Assembly (NCBI RefSeq): GCF_006345805.1
Contig: NW_021836296.1
Coordinates: forward strand, 1-64,000
DNA length: 64,000 nt
Source: Octopus sinensis
Lineage: Eukaryota
Direction of reading: 5' to 3'
Both the position numbers and the translations under genes were made by a program. Shown piece by piece: positions 12,535 to 26,768 of the stretch; within the stretch, counting starts at the first letter, position 1, and the number at the start of each line of letters is the position of its first letter. The notes under the pieces are model-generated. The model saw only the letters and a program-made list of their open reading frames with translations, was not told the DNA's origin and searched no databases.

Positions 12535-13090
12535 GTTGTGGTTGTGGTTGTTTATTAATGAGTCCATCAGAAGGAGCTTGTAGCTGAGACGATGCTATTT
12601 TAAAGAAATGTTATTGTTGTCACGTACTATAGCGGCAACAGTGGTTGTGACGGTGGTGTTGGTGGTAGTGGTGGTAGTGGAGAGGATGGCGATAATGGTG
12701 TTGATATTGCTGGTGGATGTGGTAGTGGTGGTGATGGTGATGTGGAAACCCGTTAGCGATAATTTTTATAGTCGTTGTGGTGGTGGTGGGTGGTGGTGGT
12801 GGTGGTGGTGGTGGTGGTGGTTGTGGTTGTGGTTGTTTATTAATGAGTCCATCAGAAGGGCTTGTAGCTGAGACGATGCTATTTTAAAGAAATGTTATTG
12901 TTGTCACGTACTATAGCGGCAACAGTGGTTGTGACGGTGGTGTTGGTGGTAGTGGTGGTAGTGGAGAGGATGGCGATAATGGTGTTGATATTGCTGGTGG
13001 ATGTGGTAGTGGTGGTGATGGTGATGTGGAAACCCGTTAGCGATAATTTTTATAGTCGTTGTGGTGGTGGTGGTGGTGGTGGTGGTGGTG
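12535..13090. repeat. Tandem duplication, unit about 284 bp, bounded by (GGT)n
   Basis: tttattaatgagtccatcagaag at 12551 and 12836; identical ORF-track peptides at 12608 and 12892. Confidence 0.9.
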
Positions 13091-13470
13091 ATTTTAATTT
13101 TTATAGTTATGGCGGTGGTGGTCGTGGTGGCATGTTTGCGGTAATTGTAGGGGTGGTAACTCTAACGGTTATGGTTCTTGAGGTGGTGCTTGTGAGGTTG
13201 TGGTTACTGGTGGTGGTGGTGATCGTTGTGGTTGCGATGGTGGAGGTAGTTCTAGTTGTGGTGGTGTGCTCGAGATGGTTGTGGTTGTAGTGTTGCAAGA
13301 AACAGCTGAAGATATTTGGAACATGATAACAGAATATCGAGTTAAACTGGTGCAATTGTAGAGCGTTGGTATTCCTTACTGTCATGTACTATAACGGCAG
13401 TAGTGTTAGTAGGGGCTGGATGTGGTGGTGGTGGTGGTGGTGGTGGTGGTGGTGGTGGTGGTATTAAATT

Positions 13471-13890
13471 TAAGGCGGCGAGCACGCAGAAACGTTAGCA
13501 CGCCGGGCGAAATGCGTAGCCGTATTTCGTCTGCCGTTACGTTCTGAATTCAAATTCTGCCGAGGTCGACTTTTCCATTCATCCTTTCGCGGTCGATTAA
13601 ATAAGTACCAGTTACACACTGGGGTCGATATAATCGACTTAATCCGTTTGTCTGTCCTTGTTTGTCTCCTCTGTGTTTAGCCCCTTGTGGGTAGTAAAGA
13701 AATAGGTATTTCCTCTGCCGCTACGTTCTGAGTTCAAATTCCGCCGAAGTCGACTTTGCGGTTCATCCTTTCTGGGTCGATTAAATAAATACAAGTTACG
13801 CACTGGGATCGACGAAATCGACTTAATCCGTTTGTCTATCTTTGTTTGTTCTCTCTGTGTTTAGCCTCTTGTGGGTTGTAAAGAAATAGG
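13471..13890 (+). mobile_element. SINE family E, dimeric form
   Basis: aaggcggcgag…gttagcacgccgg head, B-box-like gaattcaaatt, core gtcgactt…catcctttc…gtcgat repeated twice with linker. Confidence 0.8.
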
Positions 13891-14295
13891 TAAATGGTGG
13901 TCGTGGTCGTGGTGGTACTGGTGATATTGGTTGTGCAGGTGGTTGTGGCGATGGTGGCGTTAGTTGCGGTTGTGGTGGTAAAACTGGTGGTTGTGGTTGT
14001 TGCTGTTGTTGTTTGGTGGTGTGGTGTTGATGATGCTGGTAGAGAGGTAGGTGTGTTGATGACGGGTTTAGGTCCTTCGGAGTGTCAGTGACTTGGCATC
14101 AGAGGCGGTGACCTGCGGTGATATAATTGCACGGTTGTGGCATAGACGTCATACATTAGCGTGATATTGATAGAGTATCAGGGAAGGACTCTTAAAGTGT
14201 AATATGGTAGGGTTCCGGGCAGTGTGGCGTTGAAGTGGGACGGTGGAGCAGGCTGCCACCGTGATTCTGTGATGATGGGTGTTGTATCACTGGAC

Positions 14296-14299
<4 letters not shown>

Positions 14300-14328
<29 letters not shown>

Positions 14329-14428
14329 CATTGACGTGTGTTAATGATGGTGAGATAGCGGTTCATATGCCATTGTGACTACAACTGTTAACAACCGACA
14401 CCATTAGCATCATCATCGTCATGATTGC

Positions 14429-14478
<50 letters not shown>

Positions 14479-14497
14479 CCACCACCATTACCATCAC

Positions 14498-14529
<32 letters not shown>

Positions 14530-15458
14530 CCACCATCATCATCAACATCATCATCATCATCATCATCATCATCATTAACATCACTATCATCATCATCATT
14601 ATCATCATCATCATGGTTACTGTAATCGAGTTTATATTTTTCCTTGTGATGATGATGATGATGACGATTTTGTGGAAGTGGAGGAGGAGAGGAAGTGGTC
14701 GGTACTGATGGCGTTGGTGGTAGTGACGGTGGGGTTGATAGTGGCGATGTTGATGCTTTTCGGCGGCGGTGGCGGTTGTGATGTGTTCGTGACGCTGATG
14801 ACCGTGGTGGTGGTCATGGTGATGTTGGCGGTAATGAGTTTGGATCGGTGCCAGTAAAGTCTGGAAAAAGTCTTAGATTTGGTTGTTTCGATGATTGATC
14901 GCCCGTTAAACATGTGTTCTTACCATACTGTCAATTCTTCTTCTTCTTCTTCTTCTTTTCTTCTTCTTCTTCTTCTTCTTCTTCTTCTTCTTCTTCTTCT
15001 TCTTCTTCTTCTTCTTCTTCTTCTTCTTCTTCTTCTTCTTCTTCTTCTTTTTCTTCTTCTTCTTCTTCTTCTTCTTCTTCTTCATATTATTATTATTATT
15101 ATTATTATTAGTAGTAGTAGTGTAGTAGTATTTCTACTTTCAGTTTGGTTTCCAGTTCTTGCCGACTGATGACGATGATGATGATGATGGTGATGACGAT
15201 GATGGTGGTGATGGTGGTGGTGGTGGTGGTGGTGGTGGTGGTGGTGGTGGTGGAGTGGTGGGCTGGGACGACATGGAGGAATGTTTGTGGTAACTGTAAG
15301 AGTGGTGATTGCGACGTTTATGGTTGCTGTGGTAGTGCATGCGATATTGTGGTTGTGGCGGTGGTAGTGGTGTAGATGGCGGTGGTGCTGCTGGTGCTTC
15401 TGATTGCGGTGGTTGCACTGGTGGAGATAGTTATAATTGTGGTAACGGCGTATCATTA

Positions 15459-15522
<64 letters not shown>

Positions 15523-15600
15523 CATTATTATTATTATCATCATCATCATCATTATTGCGATCGTTCATACTGTTGTTGTTGTTGCTGTTGTTTTTGTGAT
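14300..15600. repeat. Cluster of (AGT)n, (CAT)n, (TTC)n, (GGT)n and (TTA)n microsatellites
   Basis: Direct reading. Confidence 0.95.
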
Positions 15601-15890
15601 GGTCGTTGTTATTATAGTTGTACTTATTCTAACCGTACTATTGTTGTTATTATCGATTATTCTTGCTATTGTTATTGTTGTTGTATTATTGTTTTTGTTA
15701 AATGATATTCTTTTAATTCTTATTGATGGTGTTTCTTCTTTCCACCGTCTATTTCATATTAAACTTTTTTCAATATTTTTATTTAATTTTCTTCGATTTT
15801 GTCTTTTGCTTATTTCGTGCGTGATGGACTTTCTGAACATCATTTTAAAAGATTCCGAATCAATATTATTACATACAATACGGTGGTAAA

Positions 15891-16215
15891 CTAGCAGAAT
15901 CGGGGGTGACGCTCATGGTAGGACACGCCAGTCATATGGGGTCAAAAGGCACGTGCTCGCGTAGGTGATCGGTGGACAGAAAGAAACGACGAGAGCATCC
16001 CTTCCAGACAGCTAGCAGAATGGTTCGCACACCGGGACAAGAGACGTGGGTGATTCTCGTGGCAGGACACGTCGGCCATATACGGTCAAGAGGCACGTAC
16101 TCGCGTAGGTGACCGATAGGCGGAGAGGAGCGACGAGAACATCTCTACCAGACAGGTAGCAGAATCGTTCGCACACCAGGGGAACAACCGGGGTGAGGAG
16201 GTGATGCTCGTGGGA
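15891..16215. repeat. GC-rich diverged tandem repeat: units 121 bp, 144 bp and a partial unit
   Basis: (c/g)tagcagaat at 15891, 16012 and 16156; shared blocks aggacacg, ggcacgt(g/a)ctcgcgtaggtga, cgacgag, ccagacag. Confidence 0.8.
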
Positions 16216-16345
16216 GGTCTCCCAGATCGCTCATTTTCTTCTAGGGACGTTCTTCCACTTTTGAAGCGCCCGTGCCACTCGAAACATTGTGTACGACCCA
16301 TTGCCTCGTCGCCGTAAGGTGCGTCGAAGCAGCATATCATCCGCC
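16200..16345 (-). mobile_element. Mariner transposase N-terminal (HTH) fragment
   Basis: YGDEAMGRTQCFEWHGRFKSGRTSLEENERSGRP is a typical mariner N-terminus; similar to the 10574 element. Confidence 0.85.
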
Positions 16346-16699
16346 TTCAACTTCTGAGTTCAAATTCCGCCGATTTGTACGAAGGTGGGATGGTCCTGGA
16401 CGAAACGCTTTTGAGAAGAGTTTTACATGATTAAGTGTGATTCGTAGCTAAAATAAAATGTAAATATCCCACAGTACATTGAATGAACCAAGAATTTTCC
16501 TTTCTAGAAATAACAATCAAATCTTCTCCAAAATATGCATTGCAATCATCAAAGAAAATGACAGGCAAAATGTAATCTGGAACCTAAGAAAATAGAACGG
16601 GACGGTCATCACTGGAAAGGGTTTTATTATAAGCCTCTCAGCCCGATCACAAAGGACCACGTTTCCACCATCAACAACAAAATCGTCATGAACAGTTAC

Positions 16700-17215
16700 C
16701 TTTTCTACTAAGGTTTGAAGGCCTGAAATTTTGCGGGGATGAGCCCGAAGGGATGAAAAGTAAAGTTGATCTTAGTGGAATTTGAACTCAGAACGTAAAG
16801 ACAGACGAAATACCTATTTCTTTACTACCCACAAGGGGCTAAACACAGAGGGGACAAACAAGGACAGACAAACGTATTAAGTGATTATATCGACCCCAGT
16901 GCGTAACTGGTACTTAATTATCGACCCCGAAAGGTGAAAGGCAAAGTCGACCTCGGCGAAATTTGAACTCACAACGAAGGCGACTAAATACTATTTCTTA
17001 CTACCCACAAGGGGCTAAACACAGAGAGGACAAACAAGGACAGACAAACGGCTAAATCGATTATATCGAACCCAGTGCGTAACTGGTACTTAATTTATCG
17101 ACCCCGAAAGGATGAAAGGCAAAGTCGACCTCGGCGGAATTTGAACTCAGGACGTAAAGACAGACGAAATACCGCTAAGGAATTCACCCGGTGTGTTGAC
17201 GATTCTACCACATCA
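16700..17215 (-). mobile_element. SINE family E, multimer (about 3 cores)
   Basis: Repeated rc core gatgaaag…aaagtcgacctcggcg and linker. Confidence 0.8.
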
Positions 17216-17599
17216 ACGATAATAACAACCTCAGCAGCATCTCCCTATCACAGATCATCGAGATGATGACATACAATATCCCAAACCCTGGTTAACGTTT
17301 TTTTTCGTCAGCGGGACAACTGATATCCGGAAGGCGAAGAAGGAAAAGACGTCACATGACATGGTGTTATCCGGCTGGTTACCTATCTTGCCAGAGTTCA
17401 ATACCCACCAGGGGTGATCTCAAATTATGCAATTCTCCGTATGATGTTTCCATGCTGTATCTAAATTTGGTAATTGGAAAGGGAGCGGGATAAGTAATCA
17501 CTGGTCCGCTAGGGAGAGGAGATAAGACCCTAGGATATGCATAGATATATATATACTCTCAATTTCTGATTCTCCTGCAGGTTATCCATGGGTTCTACT

Positions 17600-17777
17600 T
17601 TTAATAGGCACACACACACACACGCAGGTATATGAATATATGCATACATACATATATATATGTGAGTGTGTGTGTGTGTGTGTGCGTGTCTGTGTGTGTG
17701 TGTATATAAATATATACATATATACGTGTGTCTGTGTATATATAAATATATATGTATGTATGTATGCATGTGTATAT

Positions 17778-17834
<57 letters not shown>

Positions 17835-17915
17835 GGTGCCTCAACTTGAGTACCTAATTCATCTGAATCTAAATTTTTGCTATACATATATATATATATA
17901 TACATATATATATAC

Positions 17916-18008
<93 letters not shown>

Positions 18009-18058
18009 TATGTATGTATGTCTGTATGCATATATGTATATATATACATATATATATG

Positions 18059-18139
<81 letters not shown>

Positions 18140-18340
18140 ATATACATATATATGCATATATATATATGTGTATATATATATGAATGTATTCGTAAAGCCA
18201 CACTATGTTGTTCTATTTTATTTCTCTCTTTCTCTCTCACTCTCTTTCTCCCTATATATATAGAGACAGACAGACAGACAGATAGATAGATATAGATATA
18301 GACACATACATATATGTATGTATATGTATGTATGTATTAA
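17600..18340. repeat. (TA)n/(TG)n microsatellite field
   Basis: Direct reading. Confidence 0.95.
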
Positions 18341-18859
18341 ACTCATGCATACAGCTACGCATTCATCTAGGCGCGTGTCTTCGTGTTTTTGCATACTAAT
18401 ACGCTCTTCACCACATATTGAACAATAACTTCCTGTTACTTTTGTAAACTATAACCTCTGTGTATGCATATATTTATATAGGTGCGTATACATCTTAGTA
18501 TGTATATATGTATATATATATATATAATTATATATGTATGAATTTGTGTATTTATATGTATCTACAAACAATTAGTTAGGCAGGAGGCCAAATTCTGTTT
18601 GTCTGAGCCTGTGTGTGTATTTGTGTATATGTATGTGTGTGGGTGCGTGTTTGTGTGAATGTGTGCGTGTTTGTGTGTATGTGTGTGCGCGGGCACGCAC
18701 GCGAGCATGCGTATGAATGACTATGTAAGGTTGTTAAATGAACCACGAAACATTAACGTTAAGACAGAGCCGTCAGATGTGCAGTCGGGTGCAGCCATGT
18801 ATTACCAATATTCATTTCTTACTGACCGCTGTATTAAATCTTATATAACACTCCTGGCT

Positions 18860-19029
18860 AATGTACACACACACATACACACACACACTCATACGCATAC
18901 ACTCACACACACTCACACACACATACACTCACACACTCTCACACACATACACACACTCATACGCACACACACACTCACACACACTCACACACATATACAC
19001 ACACTCACACACACTCACACACACACACA

Positions 19030-19068
<39 letters not shown>

Positions 19069-19275
19069 ACACACACTCACACACACTCAGACACACTCAC
19101 ACACACATACACTCACACACACTCACACACACTCACACACACTCACACACACATACATACACACACACACCACTCACACACACACACACACACTCACACA
19201 CAATCACACACACTCACACACACACACACACAGTCATACACACACACGCACACACTCATACACACACGCGCACAT
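18860..19275. repeat. (CA)n-derived tract with CACACT variants
   Basis: Direct reading. Confidence 0.95.
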
Positions 19276-19894
19276 TAATAGGAGCCAAATTGACTACGTA
19301 TAAAGGGGAAATTTTGTTTCATCTCCCGAATTGTCGGAGGAGTGAACGGAGATGACAAGTTTATTAAACATAGAAGATATTCAGAGAAATGCATTGCTAT
19401 GTTACAAAGGAGATTCAATACCCACGGGTGGGAGTGGGCAGAAAAGTTCCTGACTTTAAAGGAAGTCCGACTCAGAACGCAAAAAGCCAGACGCGGTAAC
19501 GATTTTGCTCGCTCACCCCTTGATAGCATATAGAATATTAGATAAAAAATAAAAACTACTTGGGTAGGCAAAAGTCAAAAGGCTGGCAGTGTGTCGCGAA
19601 CCCACGTTCATAAATATGACATGTGCTTCGAATGATTCCTGTGGATTTCTTCTTCTTGCTTTAGAAGCGTTGTTCTTACCGGTGTAAACGCCATGTTGTT
19701 TACATTACAACATTATTTTTGTTATCTTAGAAACTTGGAGAGATATGCAAGAAATCACTTTTACGAAAGAACTCGGAGTATTCAAAGTTAAAAGTAATCT
19801 TTTCTACCATAAGCACAATGCCTGAAATTTTAGGCGAAGTGGAAAGTCGACCCCAGTACTCAACTGGTACTTAATTTATCGACTCCAGAAAAGC

Positions 19895-20150
19895 AAATAT
19901 TCTATCGGTCTTTTGGCCGAACCGCTACGTTACGGGGACGTAAACACAGCAGCATCGGTTGTCAAGCAATGGTGGGGGGACAAATACAGACACACCAACA
20001 TATACACACATGTACATATATATTCTACGGGCTTCTTTCAGTTTCCGCCTACTAAATCCACTCACAAGGCTCTGGTCGGCCTGAGGCTTTAGTAGAAGAC
20101 ACTTGCCCAAGGTGCCACGTAGTGGGATTGCACACGGAACCATGTGGTTC
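19895..20150 (-). mobile_element. SINE family K
   Basis: Reverse complement of the family K head, core and middle. Confidence 0.75.
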
Positions 20151-20791
20151 GTAAGCAAGCTACTTACCACACAGCCACTCCTACGCCTACGTTGATTTTT
20201 TTTTTTATTATTTAAATCAAGTTTTTACTTTAACGATAATAATACAGAATATGGAAGGGCCATAACTCTAAAAGAATTATGCCAGAAGGTAGCGTTTGTT
20301 TCGTTTAAAAAACTGCATATATGTATGGTGGGTTGAATGCGTGACTTCGTCTCTTTGATTGTCCTCCAACATGGCTTGCCGGCCGGTGTTAGTTTATTTA
20401 CGTTCCCGTAACCACAGCGGTTCGTCAAAGCAGATCGATATAATAAGTACTCCAGGATTTAAAAGCACGTGTAAGTACTGAGGTTAGTTCGTTCGACAAA
20501 ACTCTTAATGATGATGTTTTAAGTTTCTGATATGAATTGAACATATATTACTTATGACATATATAATTTTTTTTCAGAACCAGTAAAATATGCTGCGATA
20601 TAAAAAAAAAAAACGAAAAATGACATGTATAGATAATAAAACGAAAACATCTACAAAAAAAAAAAAAACGGCGATTCTGAATGTATTTGAATTAAGATGC
20701 TTAAATATATATCTTAATCTCTCCTTGTATCTTTAATATACAGGGGGAAAAATAGATTATATTATCTTTCAGATAAGGTTTTTATAAACGA

Positions 20792-21300
20792 CTAGCAGTA
20801 TCACCCGGCGTTGCTCGGGTTTGTAAGGGAAATAACTATATAAGCATTTTTAGAGAGTTACTTCCCTTATAAATTCGGGCTTTCTTAGCCATTTTTGTTT
20901 TGGTGTCTTCAAGCCATGAAGTCGTTGTTCTAAAAGAACGCTGGTCTCCTTCACAACGCATTACGACGTTGATTTCTTTACACTCCCTTCCCCACAGCTT
21001 CACGAGGGAGGGAAGGGGAAGAAGCAAACAGGTGCAGCTGTGAGCGTGGACGCCAACTCCGCCGCCATCGACACACGATGCATTTTATGCATTAAAATGG
21101 AATAAAAAATTATGTTAAATTATTTTTAAAATCGTAGACTCATCGTTGACGCGCGCTAATAATACTCAGACGGGCTCGATATGAATCACGACTATAAGAT
21201 ACCCGGTTTTGGTTAAACTGCACCGCAAAATGTGGGAGGAGTTAGGAATCTAAATCGAAGGGGACAGACACTCACACAACTAGAGTTTTATATATATAGA
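20792..21300 (-). mobile_element. Non-autonomous Helitron
   Basis: Minus strand starts A|TCTATATATATAAAA…, ends with hairpin cccgagcaacgccggg (20804-20819) then CTAG|T; no TSD. Confidence 0.8.
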
Positions 21301-22111
21301 TTACTGCTGGCATTTTAAATATGGTATTAAGTACGTTAAAGGTGTATTTTGAGTACAGCTGAAAAATGACAAAAAGAAAAAAATGCTATTGATTTTTATA
21401 TAAATTTTAAAATGCTTTATATGAGCTGCAGTTCCTGCTACACAGAAGATATTAAAGACACAAACGGGAATATTACGTTTAAATCAATTCAGTTTTGATT
21501 AGGTTTTATACGTTTTATGTGTGTGATACTAAGTACATAATGGTAAAATTCTATAAATAATTAATGAAGTTTTATAAAATAAGATTTAAACTATGATGAG
21601 AGGAAAGTCAGCGAAAGAAGAAAAAAAAAACAAAAACAACAACAGAACATTAATATTGTATGAAACGCTGACCTAAGAGAGAATCTCTCTAAGAAGTCAA
21701 GCGAAGATTATTACGGAATAATTGAAAGATGAGGTTGAGTGTCAGAGTTATCACCATGGGGATTTACTACTACTACTACTACTACAACTATTAAAAAGAA
21801 GGTGAAGGAGGAGAAGACGAAGGAGAAGAAGAGGTAGAAGAAGACAAAGAAGAATGACGACGATGAAGGTGATGATGATGATGGTAGTGGTGGTGGTGGT
21901 TTTGGTGGTGGTGGTGGTGATGGTGGTGGTGGTAGTGGTGGTGGTAGTTATGATGGTGGTGGTGGTGGTGGTGGAGGCGATGATGATGATGGTAGTGATG
22001 GTGGTGGTGGTGGTGGTGGTCGTCGTCGTCGTGGCGGCGGCGGTGGTGATGATAATGGTGATGATGAATATGATGATGATGAGGTTGATGATGATGATAA
22101 CCATAACAGTC

Positions 22112-22500
22112 GCTTGACCTTAACCAGTTGAGTATGTCCCTTAACGGCTAACGATATGTACATCTTTGCTGACGAGCAGGATTAGTGGAAAAGCGTCGTA
22201 GTCATGAATCGAGAGGAATTCTTTAGGGTTTGAATAATTCACCTCTAAAAACATGAGTGCTTCATTCGACGTCCTTAAACAAACCCTTATTCAGGGATCT
22301 TTTGAGTAAGATGGGTTACTCAACCTGAAGAAAATTCTAACTGGGCCCCACCTGCAAGGTCATGCGCTGTTTATTTTGATACAAAATCACCATGTCGCAC
22401 ATATATGGTCGTGATGTATGTTCCTCATGTACCCTTAGGAAATGGATAGTCATAATGGGTATATTCGTATATTTGTACCCCAGTGTCACTTTGATGGCGT
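22112..22500 (+). mobile_element. Degenerate family B copy
   Basis: Homologous to 7870-8260. Confidence 0.7.
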
Positions 22501-22506
22501 GCGTAG

Positions 22507-22541
<35 letters not shown>

Positions 22542-22543
22542 TA

Positions 22544-22589
<46 letters not shown>

Positions 22590-22610
22590 GTATATATATA
22601 TATATATATC

Positions 22611-22649
<39 letters not shown>

Positions 22650-23432
22650 ATTATTTGTGTGTCTGTGTTTGTCCCCCAACATCGTTTGACAACTGATGCT
22701 GGTGTGTTTACGTCCCCGTAACTTAACGGTTCGGCAAAAGATACCGATAAAATAAGTACTAGGCTTACAAAGAATAAGTCATGGGGGTCGATTTGCTCGA
22801 CTAAAGGCGGGTACTCCAGCATGGCCACAGTCACCTGACTGAAACAAGTAAAAGAGTAATAGAGAGTAAAGAGTATAGTGACGACTTAAAACCGAGTATA
22901 TGTTATACAGTTCTCAGAAGAGTCCTACAGGATGTTTGTCGCATGATTTCTACCAGGAAATGCATGTGTAAAATGGTAGGTCATGGTTAGCAAAAATACC
23001 AAACGAAATATGAAGGAAGCTTTTGTAATGGTCTACGAGGGAGTGGCTGCAGACAAAACACAACAACATTAATAGGAATGGAATTTGTAATAGTAAATTA
23101 TTATCACATGCCGGGTGTGTGGTGAGGGAGCAAGGTTTAATATTAGAAATACGTTATTGTGGTGTAAAGCAGCCCAAAATACATTTCTGAAGGCCAAAGA
23201 CTTTTACGAGTATCAAAATTATTATTAGATTAGGAAACATTATTTATTGTTAGAAGCATATGTATTGTTAATGTATAAAACGTATTACGGACTAATAATA
23301 GAAGTGTATTAAAGGCTTGTATCTGTTTTAATGCTTTTGGATATATTTTTATACCTCATTTTATTTATTAGTACTTGGTAATAAAAGAAGAAACTGGTAC
23401 TCCGTCGGTTGCGACTACGAATATATATATAT

Positions 23433-23816
23433 GTGGAGGCACAATGGCCCAGTGGTTAGGGCAGCGGACTCGCAGTCGTAGGATCGCGGTTTCGATTCCC
23501 AGACCGGGCGTTGTGAGAGTTTATTGAGCGAAAACACCTAAAGTTCCACGAGGCTCCGGCAGGGGATGGTGGTGATCCCTGCTGTACTCTTTCACCACAA
23601 CTTTCTCTCACTCTTACTTCCTGTTTCTGTTGTACCTGTATTTCAAAAGGGCCGGCCTTGTCACTTTCTGTGTCACGCTGAATATCCCCGAGAACTACGT
23701 TAAGGGTACACGTGTCTGTGGAGTGCTCAGCCACTTACACGTTAATTTCACGAGCAGGCTGTTCCGTTGATCGGATCAACCGGAACCCTCGTCGTCGTAA
23801 CCGACGGAGTGCTTCC
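23433..23816 (+). mobile_element. Full-length SINE family A, tail 1
   Basis: Near-identical to 11070-11452. Confidence 0.9.
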
Positions 23817-24539
23817 TTATATATATGTATATGTTCTTTTTGCGGTTTCTAGTACCTTGTATAAATCAGGGGTACGAGCTGTCAGAATCGTTGGTACGCT
23901 GGGCAAAGTGCTTCGAGATACTTTGCGTTTCATCCTTTCGGGGGTCGATAAAATAAGTACCTGTTGAATACTGGGGTCGGCATAATCTCCAACCCCTAAT
24001 TTGCTGGCATTGTGCCAAAATTTGAAACCAATATATGAATAAGGATGTTGTTATAAATGATAACATCCGGCCGAAGCAACTTATCTTTTACAAGTCGGTG
24101 CTCCAGCATGGCCGCAGTCAAATGACTGAAACAAGCAAAAGAGGAAAAGATTAAATAAATAAGCATTCCTTTGATGGGTTGGAAGGGAACGACATGTTTA
24201 TATGAGAGATGGAGCCCCTGACAGTCAGGGCCGACGTTGCATCTCCCGTTTGTGTTTGTGCAAACATGGGGAAGGTTTTTTTTTTCTTAAGGCAAGCAGT
24301 CGCCCTTTCATACATGTCTTGCCTCTCTAAAACACCGATATTTATACATTTGGTAGACGGAAACTGAAAGAAGCCCGAATTTGTTAAATACACTTTTGCA
24401 CCAATATTGTCGCAGTCAGAACGCAAAATGCCAGAAGTCATGCAGCAACTCCATAACAGTTTCATGAAACGCATTGCTTTAGTTGGTACACGCTTACTGG
24501 CCTGGCTTGGACTGGATTTGAACTCAGAGCGTTATTAAA

Positions 24540-25185
24540 GGGAGCAAATGCCGCCAGACGTACTTTCTTATTTCTTTATTGCCCACAAGGGACTAAACAT
24601 AAAGGGGACAAACAAGGACAGACAAGGGGATTAAGTCGATTACATCGACCCCAGTGCGCAACTGGTACTTATCTAATCGACCCCGAAAGGATAAAAGGCA
24701 AAGTCGACATCGGCGGAATTTGAACTCAGAACGTAACGGCAGACGAAATACCTATTTCTTTACTACCCACAAGGGGCTAAACACAGAGAGGACAAACAAG
24801 GACAGACACACGAATTAAGTCGATTATATTGACACCAGTGCGTAACTGGTACTTATTTAATCGACCCCGAAAGGATGAAAGGCAAAGTCGACCTCGGCGG
24901 AATTTGAACTCAGAACGTAACGGCAGACTAAATACCTATCTCTTTACTACCGACAACTGGTACTTATTTAATCGACTCCGAAAAGATGACAAGGACAGAC
25001 AAAGGGACATAAGGTATTAAGTCGATTATATCGACTCCAGTGCGTAACTGGTACTTATTTAATCGACCCCGAAAGGATGAAAGGCAAAGTCGACCTCGGT
25101 GGAATTCGAACTCTGAGCGTAACGGCAGACGAAATACGGCTAAGCATTTCGCCCGGCGTACTAACGTTTTTGCCAGCTAGCCGCC
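24540..25185 (-). mobile_element. SINE family E multimer (3-4 cores)
   Basis: Repeated core and linker units. Confidence 0.8.
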
Positions 25186-25850
25186 AGACATACTATCTTA
25201 CGCTCAAATGGTGCCTGCCAATTATACGAATTACGAACTTAATTTGATCGAGATATGCTTTAAATGAAACTGGGCGATTTTGGTTGTAATTATTAAATCA
25301 AATTTAGATATGGAAGATGAAGAAGTGTGACGAGGAAAAAGAATTTCGGTTTAATAAAATCGGTTGTTACCGTACAGTTATCGTTAAGCAATATGGTGTA
25401 AAAGCACAGATACGTTAAATTGGTTGAAGGTATAGGAACGTGTGTTAGCATAAATATTATATTTAAATTTAGTATATTAAGACGAGTAGACAAAAAATAA
25501 CTGCTCCAATGAAGACACGGAATTATGGTGTATTATTATTTTATAGGCAAGCAGAAGCAGCAAATTAGTATAAAAAGGAAAGAGAAAATTCCGAATGAGT
25601 TAAGTATGAAAAATAAGTTATAAAAAGAATTCAAAATGGTTAAGAAAAAATAGAAGTAAACGGATACGTGTGCTAGATACCGCAAATGCATATATACATA
25701 AATATAAGTGGAGGCGCAACGGCCCAGCGGTTAGGGCAGCGGACTGGCGGTCATTATTTTTTCCTGATTACAATATGTAGATTTAAATGAAATGCGGCAA
25801 TATGCAAATTTAAAAGAAATGAAGCAATCTAACGCTGCTACATAAAGAGA

Positions 25851-26238
25851 GTGGAGGCGCAATGGCCCAGTGGTTAGGGCAGCGGACTCGCGGTCATAAG
25901 ATCGCGGTTTCGATTTCCAGACCGGGCGTTGTGAGTGTTTATTGAGCGAAAACACCTAAAAAGCTCCACGAGGCTCCGGCAGGGGATGGTGGTGATCCCT
26001 GCTGTACTCTTTCACCACAACATTCTCTCACTCTTACTTCCTGTTTCTGTTGTACCTGTATTTCAAAAGGGGCCGGCCTTGGCACTCTCTGTGTCACGCT
26101 GAATATCCCCGAGAACTACGTTAAGGGTGCACGTGTCTGTGGAGTGCTCAGCCACTTACACGTTAATTTCACGAGCAGGCTGTTCCGTTGATTCGGATCA
26201 ACCGGAACCCTCATCGTCGTAACCGACGGAGTGCTTCC
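25851..26238 (+). mobile_element. Full-length SINE family A, tail 1, with a head-only fragment upstream at 25708-25753
   Basis: Near-identical to other family A copies. Confidence 0.9.
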
Positions 26239-26680
26239 ACATAAATAAATGAATATTTCAATAAATAAAAAGTGGTATAAAAATATATCCAAAACTTCGA
26301 GGTATGAATGTGTGGTTATAGCGGAGAATTATATGTGTGTAAGCACAAAGTCTAGGGTTACTGTGAAATGCGATGAATATAAAAAATAAAGTAGCTTTAG
26401 AATAATTCATATTTGGTAATTATTAGAAATGTAGATTATGTAAGTTAATGAGCTGTGTATAATTATTATGTGTTCAGGTATATTTTATTGGTTTAAAATA
26501 TTGGAGATTTAAAAAAAAATTCTTCATGCACAAGATTGGATGCGTCCAGAGTGTCTGTTTAGCATGCTAGAATCACTAGCACAGCAGCATGGTCAGGTAT
26601 GGAGAAAATGCAATAATGATGTGTTTGTATATTTCCAGTATATAATTAGTTAAGGCGAGTATCTTTCATTTTGAGGATTA

Positions 26681-26756
<76 letters not shown>

Positions 26757-26768
26757 GTTATTATTATT

